Shown here in pieces: positions 12,386 to 25,060 of a DNA stretch of 64,000 nucleotides. Origin of the DNA: Octopus bimaculoides. Taxonomy: Eukaryota. How positions within the stretch are numbered: position 1 is the first letter of the stretch; every line of letters starts with the position of its first letter. The notes below the pieces were generated by a model that was not told the origin of the DNA, made no database searches, and saw only the letters and a list, made by a program, of their open reading frames with translations. The DNA lies in contig NC_068986.1 of the NCBI RefSeq assembly GCF_001194135.2, forward strand, positions 21,006,974 to 21,070,973, read 5' to 3'. Position numbers and translations under genes: made by a program.

Positions 12386-14954
12386 GTTTAAACGTATGCC
12401 GTTCACTTATCGATCTTAAATTCTTTTTGGTTTGTCTTGTCTGGTTTTACTGATCGAAAACCGATAGGTCTTTAAATATAACTCTTAATGACTTAAACAG
12501 TAGCTAATTAAAGTGTTCTTAATGATTATTTCATCTTGGTTTGTATAGCGCTTGTGGTCAGAGTGAACAACTATTAAGTGTTGTCTGGATACTGGTTCAT
12601 GTATATACACATCCACGCGCACACACACTCATACACAACATACACACACACACGCCTCAGGCACCGACAGACATATATATTCGCACATACACGCATATGT
12701 GTTTATGTGTGCGCGTGTGTGTGTCTGCATACATATACATGTTTGTGTGTGGATGGATGTGTGTGTGTGTGTACACGTATAATTTTATCTGGGGATGCCT
12801 AAATCGAATTAGTCGGACATCATTTCTTTCTGTTTACATACACTTTTAGCGATTTCCAGTAGATTTAATCGCTGACAATTGTAGATTTATAGAAATAATA
12901 TATAGATAAGTACCTACAATACTGTGCAGGTAAGTAGCATTTACTGGTTCGCAGGAGTCTTCGTGGAATTCTGATGAGAATATGAATCATGTAATCCTAC
13001 GAGAATATTCACTGATCGTTTTTTTAATATTTTATATGAAACACTTTCAATATGATACCTTTACAAGCCATTCTAGAGTAAATTTCGTTTTCCTTTTTCT
13101 GTTTTTAATTTAATACACTTTTTTTTTCAACGATATACATCTCTAACATTGTCCTATTACGTATTGTTTTAAATAAACCAAGTAAATTGACTGATGAAAT
13201 TGATTGATGAGGGCTTAACACTTCTCGATACTTCTTTCAAGTGATTGCTGTTGGTTGGTTTAGTTTTTATGGATTGCTTTCGTACTTTCGGTTTCGACAA
13301 ATATCAATGTCAAACAAGTGAGACTGATGGGAATTTACTATAATAATAATAATAATAATCGTGAAGAGTGACAATAAGAGTAAAACAGAAAAGAAAGGGA
13401 GCTGGAATTTCCTTTTGCATTGGGATCTTGTGCAGAAATAGATTTGTATTATTATATTTCCAAGTCGTGATGATTAGATTAAGAAAGCTTACTTCCGGTC
13501 TTGTCGTACGTGTGTCTGGGAGAGATCTGGCAACAGCATCTGTCGTGATCTAAAATATAACTTTGCTATAGTGGAGCATACATTCATGTCTCTTAAGTTA
13601 TTCACGATTTATCATGTATTTCCTTTCTGCCGTTTTACATATGTGGCATTATGATTGATTGAAATATATATTTAACAGAGCTGTGGCAAGACAAACTAAA
13701 CCCGATACTCTTAGAGCTTACCCTTACTCCACTGTCATTTCCCATTCCTTGTTGATTGCGAATATGAAACTAAAATAGAATACTCTAAACTTGAATGACA
13801 GTAAATAGCAACATTCTGAAATGACCTGAAACATCGCTAAAGAACATGATTAATGGACTAATACACTTGTTGCATGTCATGTTGGGAAATTAAAGCAATG
13901 ATCGAAAGCCATGGTGATGATATTCACGTATGTGTTTGCTTATATTTGCTTGTATAATTGTGTTGCGTATATTTATATATTACGCGTAATAGAAGGAGAT
14001 TAAAAATCTATATAATTAAGTTCTATATATTTTATTCTATAATTATATGTATATTTTGTTGTCTTGCCTTCGAAACCCTTGCCTGTTTTTCTAAAATATA
14101 TTTATTTCCAAAAGTTGCCGTTGATTGTCAGGCAACAACCAGATTATTTGTATTTAGATCAAGTGATAAAAAGGAATTATAGCCGTCACTTTACTGTTCA
14201 TAATTAAACTTATTTTAGACTCTCTCCTATTAGTTTATAACAAAAAAAAAAAGAAACATAATATACATCTTTCCAACAGGTACCTGAACTTAGTATTGAA
14301 CGCACGAACTATTCTTCTTTATTATATAGCTTAATTATTTTGCAAGTTGTGTATGGAGTACTTTTTTTTTTTAAATTTCAAGCTTCATTATTACAATTCT
14401 TCCGATTTGCAATGGTAATTTCTTCTTCAATTGAGATTATTTCTCGCGAGCATGCTACATCATTGCAGAAATTAACCAGTTTGAATTTCAATGAAAACTC
14501 TTCTATACAATTCACCATCTGTAACCAGAGATAGGCTTTAACTATAGTTTTAGTGTACAATAACGCCAGATAGAAATAATATTCTGGATAATGAAAAATC
14601 AATGCAAATGTTTCCATCCGACAATTAAAAGACGCCGGCAAGATTAAAGAATATAAAAAGTTTTGTTTAGAAGAAAGAATTCTAAGTTCTGTGAGAATAT
14701 ATTATGACTGGAAATGATAAGGCATGTTATCGTTTTAGAGTAAAGACAAAACATACAAACAAAAAGAAACTAATTATTTGTATTTCATCTTCAGTAATTC
14801 AATTAATCGCTGTAAAAGTTCCATTGTAAGAATCATAAATATAATGCTGTAGTAGCCTTCATTCGTCGAGCGTAAATGATTTACGCAATCTGGTACTGTT
14901 GTTTTTAGAGTCCTACTGGTGTTCATTCTTACGGAATTATTATATATTGGTTTC

Positions 14955-15163
14955 AATTTTTGGCACAAGGCCAGCAAGTTCAGCAGAGGGGTTAAGTCAA
15001 TTACATCGACCGCAGTACTCAACTGGTACTTATTTTATTCGACCAAGAAAGGATAAAAGGCAAAAATCGACCTCGGTGGAATTTGAATTCAGAAGGTAAA
15101 GACGGACGAAATGCCGCTAAGCATTTTGTTTGGCGTGCTAAAGATTCTGCCAGCTCGCTGCCT
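14955..15163 (-). mobile_element. SINE F1, full length
   Basis: Complete reverse-complement copy ending GATTCTGCCAGCTCGCTGCCT. Confidence 0.9.
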
Positions 15164-15224
15164 AACGAGATATAATGCGGCTTTTAAAGGTTTACCTTAG
15201 CTTACATCAATATATTATATTCCA

Positions 15225-15518
15225 AGGCGGCGAGCTGGCAGAATCGTTAGCACGCCGGGCGAAATGCTTAGATGTAATCGACTTAATCCGTTCGTCTGTT
15301 CTTGTTTGTTCCCTCTATGTTTAGCCCCTTGTGGGCAATAACGAAATAGGTATTTCGTCTGCCTTTACATTCTGAGTTCAAATTCCGCCGAGGTCGACTT
15401 TGCCTTTCATCCTTTCGGGGTTGATAAATTAAGTTGCATACTGGAGTCGATCTAATCGACTGGCCCCCTCCCTGCCAAAAAAAAAATTTCGGGCCTTGTG
15501 CTTTGAGTAGAAAAGAAT
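15225..15518 (+). mobile_element. SINE F1, full length, with a nested F1-subfamily tail at about 15272-15348
   Basis: The head is interrupted after GAAATGCTTAG by a tail variant also seen (reversed) at 44880-44945, and resumes at GTATTTCGTCTG. Confidence 0.85.
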
Positions 15519-15616
15519 ATATTATATTCCATGAAGGCAGTGGCGAGCTGGCAAAATAGTTAGCATGTTTTGACAAAATACATCGCACACATACACACAC
15601 ACATAGACAGATAGAT

Positions 15617-16240
15617 TTCTTTATTAGGTCACGCAGAGCCGAACACAGGGGGGACAATACAATGTAGAATTTTTCTTTTCAAAACCGATTAATAAGGATC
15701 GAAGCGTTTTGGGACGTGTACACAATGAGATAACAAGGTAACGTTTTAACAAAAGAAATTCCCAGAAGTGGGGAGAAAATATAACACTGACTAAGGTTAT
15801 CCTTGGAAAGGAAAACCTACGAAAAATCCACGGTAATCTCGGAAAAAATAAACTTTAGAGCAAAATTCCCTTTCTCTTGTTGTTTTATAGGTTTATGTTC
15901 AAAGTAGGTCTGTCATTCATGCGTACCATCTTTGCTACATTCGCCCACTTTTTATTAAACTTTTTATTAGACAAAATTTCCCTCTTTACTCTCACCTTCC
16001 TTTTCAAGTAATACTTGAAAAAGTTGATGAGAGGTTGGCCAGAAAGGAAAGTATTTGTCTCTAAGACTTTCAAACGAGTCCACCATACACATTCTTTCGC
16101 CATAGCTACCACTACGATGAAAACTGCCTTGCTTTCCCGGTTAAAGAAAGGTGAGAGGGAAATATTTACGATACACTCGGTTGACAACCAGACTCGTCCC
16201 ACATGTGACAGCAGCTGTTCGACATAAGCCCACAGGTCTT
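15617..16240 (-). mobile_element. 5'-truncated Tx1/L1-clade LINE: ORF2 C-terminus plus 3' UTR
   Basis: Minus frame DLWAYVEQLLSHVGRVWLSTECIV...AVFIVVVAMAKECVWWTRL...LINFFKYYLKRKVRVKRE.L...F...W, resembling the Tx1-type ORF2 C-terminal region. Stop at 15885, AATAAA at 15625-15620. Flanked by AGAT repeats. Confidence 0.75.
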
Positions 16241-16529
16241 AGATAGATAGATAGATAGATAATCCAAGGTATTTCAGCTATGACTCTGTAAATTTTTGAC
16301 ATTCACCGAACTTCCATTATTAACAGTAGTATTAAAGTATGTACCACTTGCGTCACTAGACATATACAGAAGGGAAAAGCCAGCAGTCATCTGCGAACGA
16401 ATGTGTACCATGCTTTCGTCAATTGTTTTAGCTGCCAACATACATAGACACATTCGTTAGTCGTCGACCTTTTGGCATAGTGTCACAGCTGGGGAGAGGG
16501 AGAGGGAGAGAGAGAGAGAGAGAGAGAGG

Positions 16530-16835
16530 CTTCAGTAGAGTACTCATTTGCAGCTGAAAAGATTGGGGCAACAAGCTTACTTAAGGAGCACAAGCTACCC
16601 GGTCCAGGATTTGAACCTACTACATTATGGTTTAAGCTGAACACCGTAACCAATAAGCTAGGCGACTTTACGCATTGTATATAATAATCCTTTCTTCTTT
16701 AGGCACAGGGCCCGGAATTTTGGAGAGGTGAAGGTTAGCCGATTGCATTGAACCCTGTGCACAAATTGTACTCATGTCATCGTACCCAAAAGGCTGAAAG
16801 ACAAAATCGACTTTGGCGGAATGTGAACTCAGACA
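16530..16835 (-). mobile_element. Degenerate SINE F3 (16530-16665) and SINE F1 (16687-16835)
   Basis: Similarity to 43660-43790 and to the F1 copies respectively. Confidence 0.7.
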
Positions 16836-16893
16836 GACGCCTGTCTTTACGTCCTATCTGTCAATCTACCTAATCTGTCTTACGCATTGCATA

Positions 16894-16997
16894 CTGCAAT
16901 CCCTCGCCATATACAGTACTGTTTCTACTTCGCGGAACTTCACATATCGCGGGATGGGGTTTAGATCGTAACATCCGCGATATTCGAAGGATTACTG
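16894..16997. mobile_element. Internally deleted derivative of the 50843-51059 Tigger-like MITE
   Basis: TA|CTGCAATCCCTCGC...GATATTCGAAGGATTACTG|TA; the interior is the reverse complement of 50843-50925. Confidence 0.7.
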
Positions 16998-17264
16998 TAT
17001 AATGTGAATTATTTTGTTTGTATGTTTTTAATGACAAAGTTTTTAGACTTTTTCTTCGGTTAAATGAAATGAGAAACTTACATACAATAGGGTGAAATTA
17101 AAATATGAATATAAGATTGGTTTTTACCCCACCTTCCACCCCATACATACACACATACACACTAATATATACATACATACATACATGCAAACATATATTT
17201 GCATGTATATATAGTCCACGCTGCAGAGNNNNNNNNNNCATGTATATATAGTCCACGCTGCAGA

Positions 17265-17405
17265 GTGGTTGGTGTTAGGAAGGGCATCCAGCCGTAAAAA
17301 CCTTGCCAAAACACTCCGTAGCCTAGGGTAGTTTTCTACTTAGCCGACATCTGTCAACCGTCCTACCCTTACATGCATGGAAGACGGGCGTTAAACGATG
17401 ATTAT
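17265..17405 (+). repeat. Retroposon 3' end with (GAT)n-like tail
   Basis: GAGTGGTTGGTGTTAGGAAGGGCATCCAGCCGTAAAAACC...CGTTAAACGATGATTATGAT. Confidence 0.55.
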
Positions 17406-17802
17406 GATATAGAAACACTTATGTACATACATCCTTATGTACACACATACATCATGCATACGTATATACATATACATACATACTTTCACATATGCACAAG
17501 CATACGTGCACACATAGAAATAGATATACGTACAATCATTCACGTACAACCTTTACTTTCCAACTAAGCAAAGCCTAGTCAGTAATTTCTGTTCCCGAAT
17601 TACAGACAATAAATATAAAACAATTAGATTCGCTAGCTGGCATATCACATATATTCTAGACCCCAATACTGAAGTGAATCGCATCAGCTTTTGAAGATCA
17701 TTTAAGGCTAAAAAAAACAAACCACCAGCAACAGCAAGGTACATACATACATACATACATACATATGCACACACGCACACAATACACACAAACTGTGTAT
17801 GC

Positions 17803-17851
<49 letters not shown>

Positions 17852-18513
17852 CATGCCTATATGCAAGTACATGCATGTATGTATGCATATATATGGGCCA
17901 TTCCTGGCCGAAACCTCTCTGTATGTATGTATGTATGTATATATATATATATATAAAGTATATTTGAATATATTTATATGAATGTATACGTATGTATGTA
18001 TACATTTACAAAGTATATTTATACACATATATATAGTTCTGTGTGTGTGAGTATAGATGTGTGTGATTATGCATGTAGACATGTGTATATATATATGTGT
18101 GTGTGTGTGTGTGTAGATAATATACCTGCCTGAAAAATGAGATTGGAGTTTAAACAAAGCAGATCAATAAGAGCAAATCGATATAATTAACTGTCAGAAA
18201 GCACGGCTACTTGAAGTGTGAGGAAGAATCTCTTGAGTTAGTTTGGCGTCAACCACAGAACTGACCAGAAATCATTTTGTCTGCGAAAACGGAGAGAGAG
18301 AGAGAGTAAAGATCTTTACGTGGAGATTAATTTGAGCATTTTCTTTCTCATTTTTTTTTGTTGTTTTTTTTTGGTTTGCAATCTCGCATTTGGTATTATT
18401 TTCATGTTAATACACCCACAGCCACCAAACACAGACACAAATATGTGTATGAATGTATGCATATACGTATATACATGCGTATTTATGTATATGCATATTT
18501 ACATTCATATGCA

Positions 18514-18562
<49 letters not shown>

Positions 18563-19239
18563 GTATATCAGTACATATATACATACGTATGTGTATATGT
18601 ACATACGTAAATATTTATACATACATACGTAAGTATATATACAAACATACCTATATATATAGTGTATATATATATATATATATATATANNNNNNNNNNNN
18701 NNNNNNNNNNNNNNNNNNNNNNNNNNNNNNNNNNNNNNNNNNNNNNNNNNNNNNNNNNNNNNNNNNNNNNNNNNNNNNNNNNNNNNNNNNNNNNNNNNNN
18801 NNNNNNNNNNNNNNNNNNNNNNNNNNNNNNNNNNNNNNNNNNNNNNNNNNNNNNNNNNNNNNNNNNNNNNNNNNNNNNNNNNNNNNNNNNNNNNNNNNNN
18901 NNNNNNNNNNNNNNNNNNNNNNNNNNNNNNNNNNNNNNNNNNNNNNNNNNNNNNNNNNNNNNNNNNNNNNNNNNNNNNNNNNNNNNNNNNNNNNNNNNNN
19001 NNNNNNNNNNNNNNNNNNNNNNNNNNNNNNNNNNNNNNNNNNNNNNNNNNNNNNNNNNNNNNNNNNNNNNNNNNNNNNNNNNNNNNNNNNNNNNNNNNNN
19101 NNNNNNNNNNNNNNNNNNNNNNNNNNNNNNNNNNNNNNNNNNNNNNNNNNNNNNNNNNNNNNNNNNNNNNNNNNNNNNNNNNNNNNNNNNNNNNNNNNNN
19201 NNNNNNNNNNNNNNNNNNNNNNNNNNNNNNNNNNTGTGT

Positions 19240-19324
19240 GTGTGTGTGTATGTGTGTGAGTATTTATATATGTATATATATGTGTATGTGTGTGTGTGTG
19301 TATGTGTGTGAGTATTTATATATG

Positions 19325-19364
<40 letters not shown>

Positions 19365-19605
19365 TATTTATATATGTATATATGTGTGTGTGAGTATTTA
19401 TATATGTATATATATATATGTGTGTGTGTATGTGTGTGAGTATTTAAATATGTATATATATATATGTGTGTGTGTGTGTCTGTGTGTGAGTATTTAAATA
19501 TGTATATATATATATGTGTGTGAGTATTTAAATATGTATATATATATATATATGTGTGTGAGTATTTAAATATGTATATATATATATATGTGTGTGAGTA
19601 TGTAA

Positions 19606-19615
<10 letters not shown>
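19240..19615. repeat. Compound minisatellite, unit about (GT)n-GAGTATTTA(A/T)ATATG-(TA)n
   Basis: About 9 recurrences of GTGAGTATTTA with variable dinucleotide arms. Confidence 0.9.
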
Positions 19616-19649
<34 letters not shown>

Positions 19650-19667
19650 ATATGTATATAAGTATAC

Positions 19668-19715
<48 letters not shown>

Positions 19716-20739
19716 GCGCATCCATATAGACGGTTACATATGTATATGCACAGCTATCCATAGGTTTTACATACATATATCTGTGTTTGTGTGTGCGCGC
19801 GTGTATGTTTGTGTATATATGGATTGGTGTGGATGTTTATGCACTGAATTGCTCCTGATTTTATTTGATTTTTAATTGTTCTTTAAATAACAATAATGAA
19901 ATTTCACTGTCTGACTGCAACAGAAATAATCATACAGGTATCAGACACACTACTTAACCGCCAAACCGGTACTTTATTCATTTATTCATTGATTTATTTA
20001 TTATTTGTATTATAGCACGATCTCTTCCAAAAATACATCTCGAAAAATCTCCCCATGTCGTAAATACAAAGCTCGTTCTCCCATCAAGTAATTTTGTTCC
20101 TGGCGCTCACTTTTCCCTGAATGTGCGTCATTGGAATTCGTGGGTGGGGTCTAATCTGCCCACGCCATCAAATATATTATTTGCTGATGACCTTTGCAAT
20201 ATATTCATTATCTTCATCACCATTGTATCATTCTTTTTTAGGGTTCGCTTTTCCATGTAGCATTGCACTTTATATTGGAGCAAATCGATATAATTAATAC
20301 ATCCTCTTCATACATCATACATCCCCTTCACACAGAGAAAGATTCGTTTTGTCACAAACAGAAGTGTTCGCTCCTTAGATGTTTATGCCATCCCGTTCTT
20401 ACCCTAGTTAAAAATACTTATGGAACATCTTTCTCCTTTGCTAATTAGGTCATTTAGTTAATAAGAGCTATTAGCTACTTCTATGGAGCCTACCTAACAA
20501 TAGAAAGGCTTTGTATCACGAGTGAACTTACTACGAACTAATCCTGTACGGAGTACCGATAATTCAGCGCATGTAATATATGTAATTTATTATTTCATTA
20601 TATTGGTGTTGGTTGTATGTCTAAAACGCATGCACATGCAACCTACAAACACAGCAGTTATAGAGTTTAAGGGATGTACTGGATAAATTGGTATTTGAAC
20701 TCTAACAGTTCAAATACTAAGAAATAAGCATACTCAATT

Positions 20740-21042
20740 TGATTTTTACCAAATAATTTAGGAAAAGGGATTATTTCCCTTGGCTATATATAAGGATCCC
20801 TTCCAGGGGCGAATAGGTTATATCCCTTGGTTTTTAAAAGGAAATATATTAGATACATAAGGATCCCTTCCAGGGGCCCTATTATCTATTTTCTTTAACA
20901 ATCTGAGTATGCCATGGGGTTTCCAGACATGAGTTCTACTCACGTGTCAAGTTTTATCAAAATTGATAAAACGATGTAGGAGGAGTTAGCTAACAAGCCC
21001 ACAAACACAACCACAGACAGAATTTCCCACGTATGTAGTAGA
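20740..21042 (-). mobile_element. Helitron-like (DINE-1/Lep1-type) non-autonomous element, 5' part
   Basis: The minus strand begins A|TCTACTACATACGTGGGAAATTCTGTCTGT. Contains an AGTTTTATCAAAATTGA motif and an internal 21-bp direct repeat ATAAGGATCCCTTCCAGGGGC (20790, 20857). Confidence 0.55.
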
Positions 21043-21596
21043 TATTCCCAGAAGTGGGAATGAATTTACAGTAGAGTAACAAGCTTGATTGGAGGGCGTC
21101 ATGCTTCAGAGAGTTTTGTGGAGTCAAATCCCTGCATGATGTATACAAGATAGGATATTTAGTTACATGTTAGTTGGAACCTCTTAGACCTGTCGTATTA
21201 TATATGCCTGTGGAAGATGGCTATGCATGTGTCTATCATAGAGGTATGGGAGTTTGGTAAAGGGAAATGATAATAATTTTATCAAGGACTTACTATTGAA
21301 CGAAATGTGCAATCCGGGCAAAGTATATTTTCAAGACTTTCGCTTCCTCGGAGATTCACACCAATACTGCACCTTATCTTCACCGAAAATACATAGAAGT
21401 TGACAAATAATTTATGAACCGTCTCTCAAGTTTTGTTTTGTCTATAAGCAATGTGTGATCTTTCTAACAGTGGCGACCAGTGAAAGAAAACTACGATTGT
21501 AATACGGGAGTTGTCATTGTAGTTTTCTCTTTCGATGTATAGGGATGTACATGAAGTTCTAAATACTGGCTCTGTTGTAACGTAAATAGTACCATA

Positions 21597-21729
<133 letters not shown>

Positions 21730-21947
21730 ACATATATATTATATACACACACATACATACATACATACATATGCATATATATACATGCATACATACAAAT
21801 ATGTATATACGTAAAATATATACGTATGTGTATATATGTATGTATATACACATACATATATATATATATAGTGTGTATAATGTATGTATATACCTTATGA
21901 CGCGTACATATATTTAACTCTTTTATCAGCATTTAATTCTCTCTCTT

Positions 21948-22026
<79 letters not shown>

Positions 22027-22515
22027 GCATATGTTTTGCCTCTAAACTTATCTATCTGAACGACTGACAGTAGCTAAGACACAATAGATGCCTTAGTCTT
22101 ATTTCCCTAATTACGTAATTACCCGTCAATTTACATGCTTATTATCCCTCCGCCTCCATTTAACAAACCATCAATGGTCGCACGAACATGCACTTAACAG
22201 CTGCACATATTCCTCTTTCTCTCTCTCACTCATTCTCTGTTTTTGTCTACATTCATCTATCTATCTATCTTTACATACATATTTTCAAATGTGTGTATGT
22301 ATGTATAAGAATATTTTTTATATATACACGGGCGCCGGCAGCGTGATCATTCAGATGATACGTATTCACCATCCACACCTATACTCATATACACACTTGA
22401 ATATACATGCAAACATGCATGTATACGTATTTTTGTGTGCGTGTAGTGCATATGTGTGCGTGTGTGTCTGTGTATTTGTTAATGTGTACGTAATTGGGAG
22501 CAGACAGAATTTTTC

Positions 22516-22761
22516 TTATTTACATTATTTACATTTGACGGATATTTGTCCTCATCTTTTTTGTTGTTAACACAACGTTTCGGCTGATAAACTCTCCAGC
22601 CTTCATCAGGTGTCCTGGGGGAATTTCCAACCTGGGTTCTCATTCCTAAGGTATTTTCCTGATGTTATTATTATTATTATTATTCAGGTCACTGCTTAGA
22701 ATTGAGCCCGGGCTCTTAACCACTTCGCTATATGCCCGTCAAATGTAAATAATATAAATAA
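22516..22761 (-). mobile_element. tRNA-headed SINE-like element with a PLE-type hammerhead tail and 26-bp terminal inverted repeats
   Basis: Minus strand: A box TAGCGAAGTGGT (22730-22719), B-like GGGCTCAATTCT (22709-22698), (AAT)n linker, hammerhead (22615-22569), tail. Inverted repeats 22516-22541 / 22736-22761 match 25/26. Confidence 0.7.
22569..22615 (-). ncRNA. Minimal type I hammerhead ribozyme (PLE type)
   Basis: GGACAC-CUGAUGA-A-GGCUG[gagaguuuau]CAGCC-GAAA-CG-UU-GUGUU: intact core, 5-bp stems I and II, palindromic CG in place of stem III. Confidence 0.75.
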
Positions 22762-22924
22762 TGTACATAATTCCCCATCACTCATATAGAACCGTAGAAT
22801 CTTTCTTGTTATGCTAACAGGAAATAAACCCCAATGTATTACTGGCAAATATCTTATTGACAACAAAGCGATCGGGCGAGACAGGTCAGCATTATATATT
22901 GTAATGCTATATATATATATATAT

Positions 22925-23272
22925 ATAGTTTTTTTATTCTTTTATTTGTTTGTCATCTGACTGCGGCCAGGCTGGTGCACCACTTTTAGTGGAACAAATC
23001 AACCCCAGGAATTATTCTTTGAAAGCCTAGTACTTATTCTGTCGGTCACTTGTGCCGAACCGCTAAGTTACGAGGACGTTAACATCGGTTGTCAAGTGAT
23101 GGCGGGTGGGGCTTCTCAATTTCCGTCTACCAAATCCACTCACAAGGCTTTGGTCGGCCCGAGGCTGAAGTAGAAAACACTTGACCAAGGTGCCACGGAG
23201 TGGGACTGAACCCGGAACCATGTGGTTGGTAAGCAAGCTACTTACCACATAACCACTCTTGCGCCTATATAT
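22925..23272 (-). mobile_element. SINE F2
   Basis: Reverse-complement copy lacking the central microsatellite. Confidence 0.9.
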
Positions 23273-24365
23273 ACATATACAAACATGCATAATCACACAT
23301 ACCGTCTTACGGTATGCACTAATCAAGTGGTTATAGACACACAACTATTGACACACACAAGAACATATACACACACGTACACGCACGTACAGGTACTCAC
23401 ACGTGTGCACATATTTACAGGCACATACATACGGCAACACTGCTAAAAGCTATAAACCGCTAATGCTGGTATTATTATTCCTAGCACATGTTTTAAGTTG
23501 GGACAATCCATATATTCAAAATATCAAACTAAACAATACACTACACACGCATGCGCACTCGTATGGAAATGTACGCACAATCTCAAACATATATTTCCAG
23601 TGAGATTATGTCACACACGCTGTCTCCCATACACACATACGCACACACATAAATATACACAAACTCACACATAGAGCGATAACGATTGCTTTTGTAATGT
23701 TACCTATGAGTTTTATCACGCTCTCTCATATATATTAAACTCACGTATTCTGCCTATGATATTTTCGTTATAAATATGCATCCTTACCCCATGCATGCAG
23801 ATATTTTTCAACGAAGGAAGTAAGTTGGTATCAACCCACTTCCTTTTTGTGAACTATTAAAAAAAAATAGTAATTCTATGACCCTAAGCTGATACACCTA
23901 AATATACACAATTGTTTACAAAGTTCTATATGCATGAATAAATCCTGAACAATAACATAACCCCAAATTAAATCAATAAAGATTTCTCTACAACATCTCT
24001 TCAACATAACCCACCCTGAAACCTATTTACCATTCAACAGACCCCCGTCAACCTTAAAAAGGTTTTCTGTCAACAGACACTGTATAAAGCCAAGATTAAT
24101 TCAATGCACAATCCGATGATGGCTTAGCTGGCCGAACATTGAAAATCACTGTCAATACTGTTCTTAGAAATAGAGATACATACATATATTTTATACAAAT
24201 TCTAATAATAGCAAGGAAGTCGAAAATTCGAAATCACTTTCAAGCTTTTCTTTGTATGGCTAAATATGGTTCTTTACTGAAAAAGTATTAAGCAACCCTT
24301 CACTTTAATGTTTAACTGCGTTTTATATACCTGTGCAGAGAAACATTAATATATAGAACAATTGA

Positions 24366-24407
<42 letters not shown>

Positions 24408-24869
24408 TGAACTGTTCTGACTTAAATCTTGGTTAAATGCATGCATTAATCTCTGACATACAGAAATATTAATGATGGCGATACAAAGATGCAAACAGAT
24501 GCGAACACTCACGTACATACATACATACACACATGCGTATATATTGGAATATCAGTTAGGGATCTACTTCAAGACGTTATTTTGGAATATCAAACATGGC
24601 GTTTAAAAAGGATCTAATAATATATTTGAAATCTCTAATCTCTGAGTGCAATATTTTGGTTCATCCATTAAAAGACATGTTTAGAATGCAAAAATACATA
24701 TATTTTTGACTTTGGGGTATCAGTTTACATACATATGCCCATAGATTTTTAATCTCTTATAGATAGGTAGGTAGGTAGGTAGGTAGGTAGGTAGATAGAT
24801 AGATGGGGTGTATGTATGTATATAAAATACACATAAAAATGTTTGAGTGTATATATATATATATATATA

Positions 24870-25060
24870 TATACACAAAACATCCACATATATATATATG
24901 TGTGTGTGTGTATGTGCAAAACTTCCATATATGTGTGTGTGTGTATGTGCAAAACTTCCATATATGTGTGTGTGTGTATGTGCAAAACTTCTATATGTGT
25001 GTGTGTGGGTGCGTGTGCAAAACATCCATATATATATATGTGTGTGTGTGTGAGTACAAA
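24870..25060. repeat. Minisatellite, unit about 33 bp (TGTGCAAAACTTCCATATATGTGTGTGTGTGTA)
   Basis: About 5 copies of CAAAAC(A/T)TC(C/T)A with microsatellite arms. Confidence 0.9.

Noticed and set aside
17201-17265. 27-bp direct repeat CATGTATATATAGTCCACGCTGCAGAG
   Set aside because: The copies flank a 10-N gap; most likely an unmerged contig overlap.
20010-20280. Minus-strand fragment W.GQIR...IQGKV resembling an RTE/L2 ORF2 C-terminus
   Set aside because: Several stops and too little similarity to call without a search.
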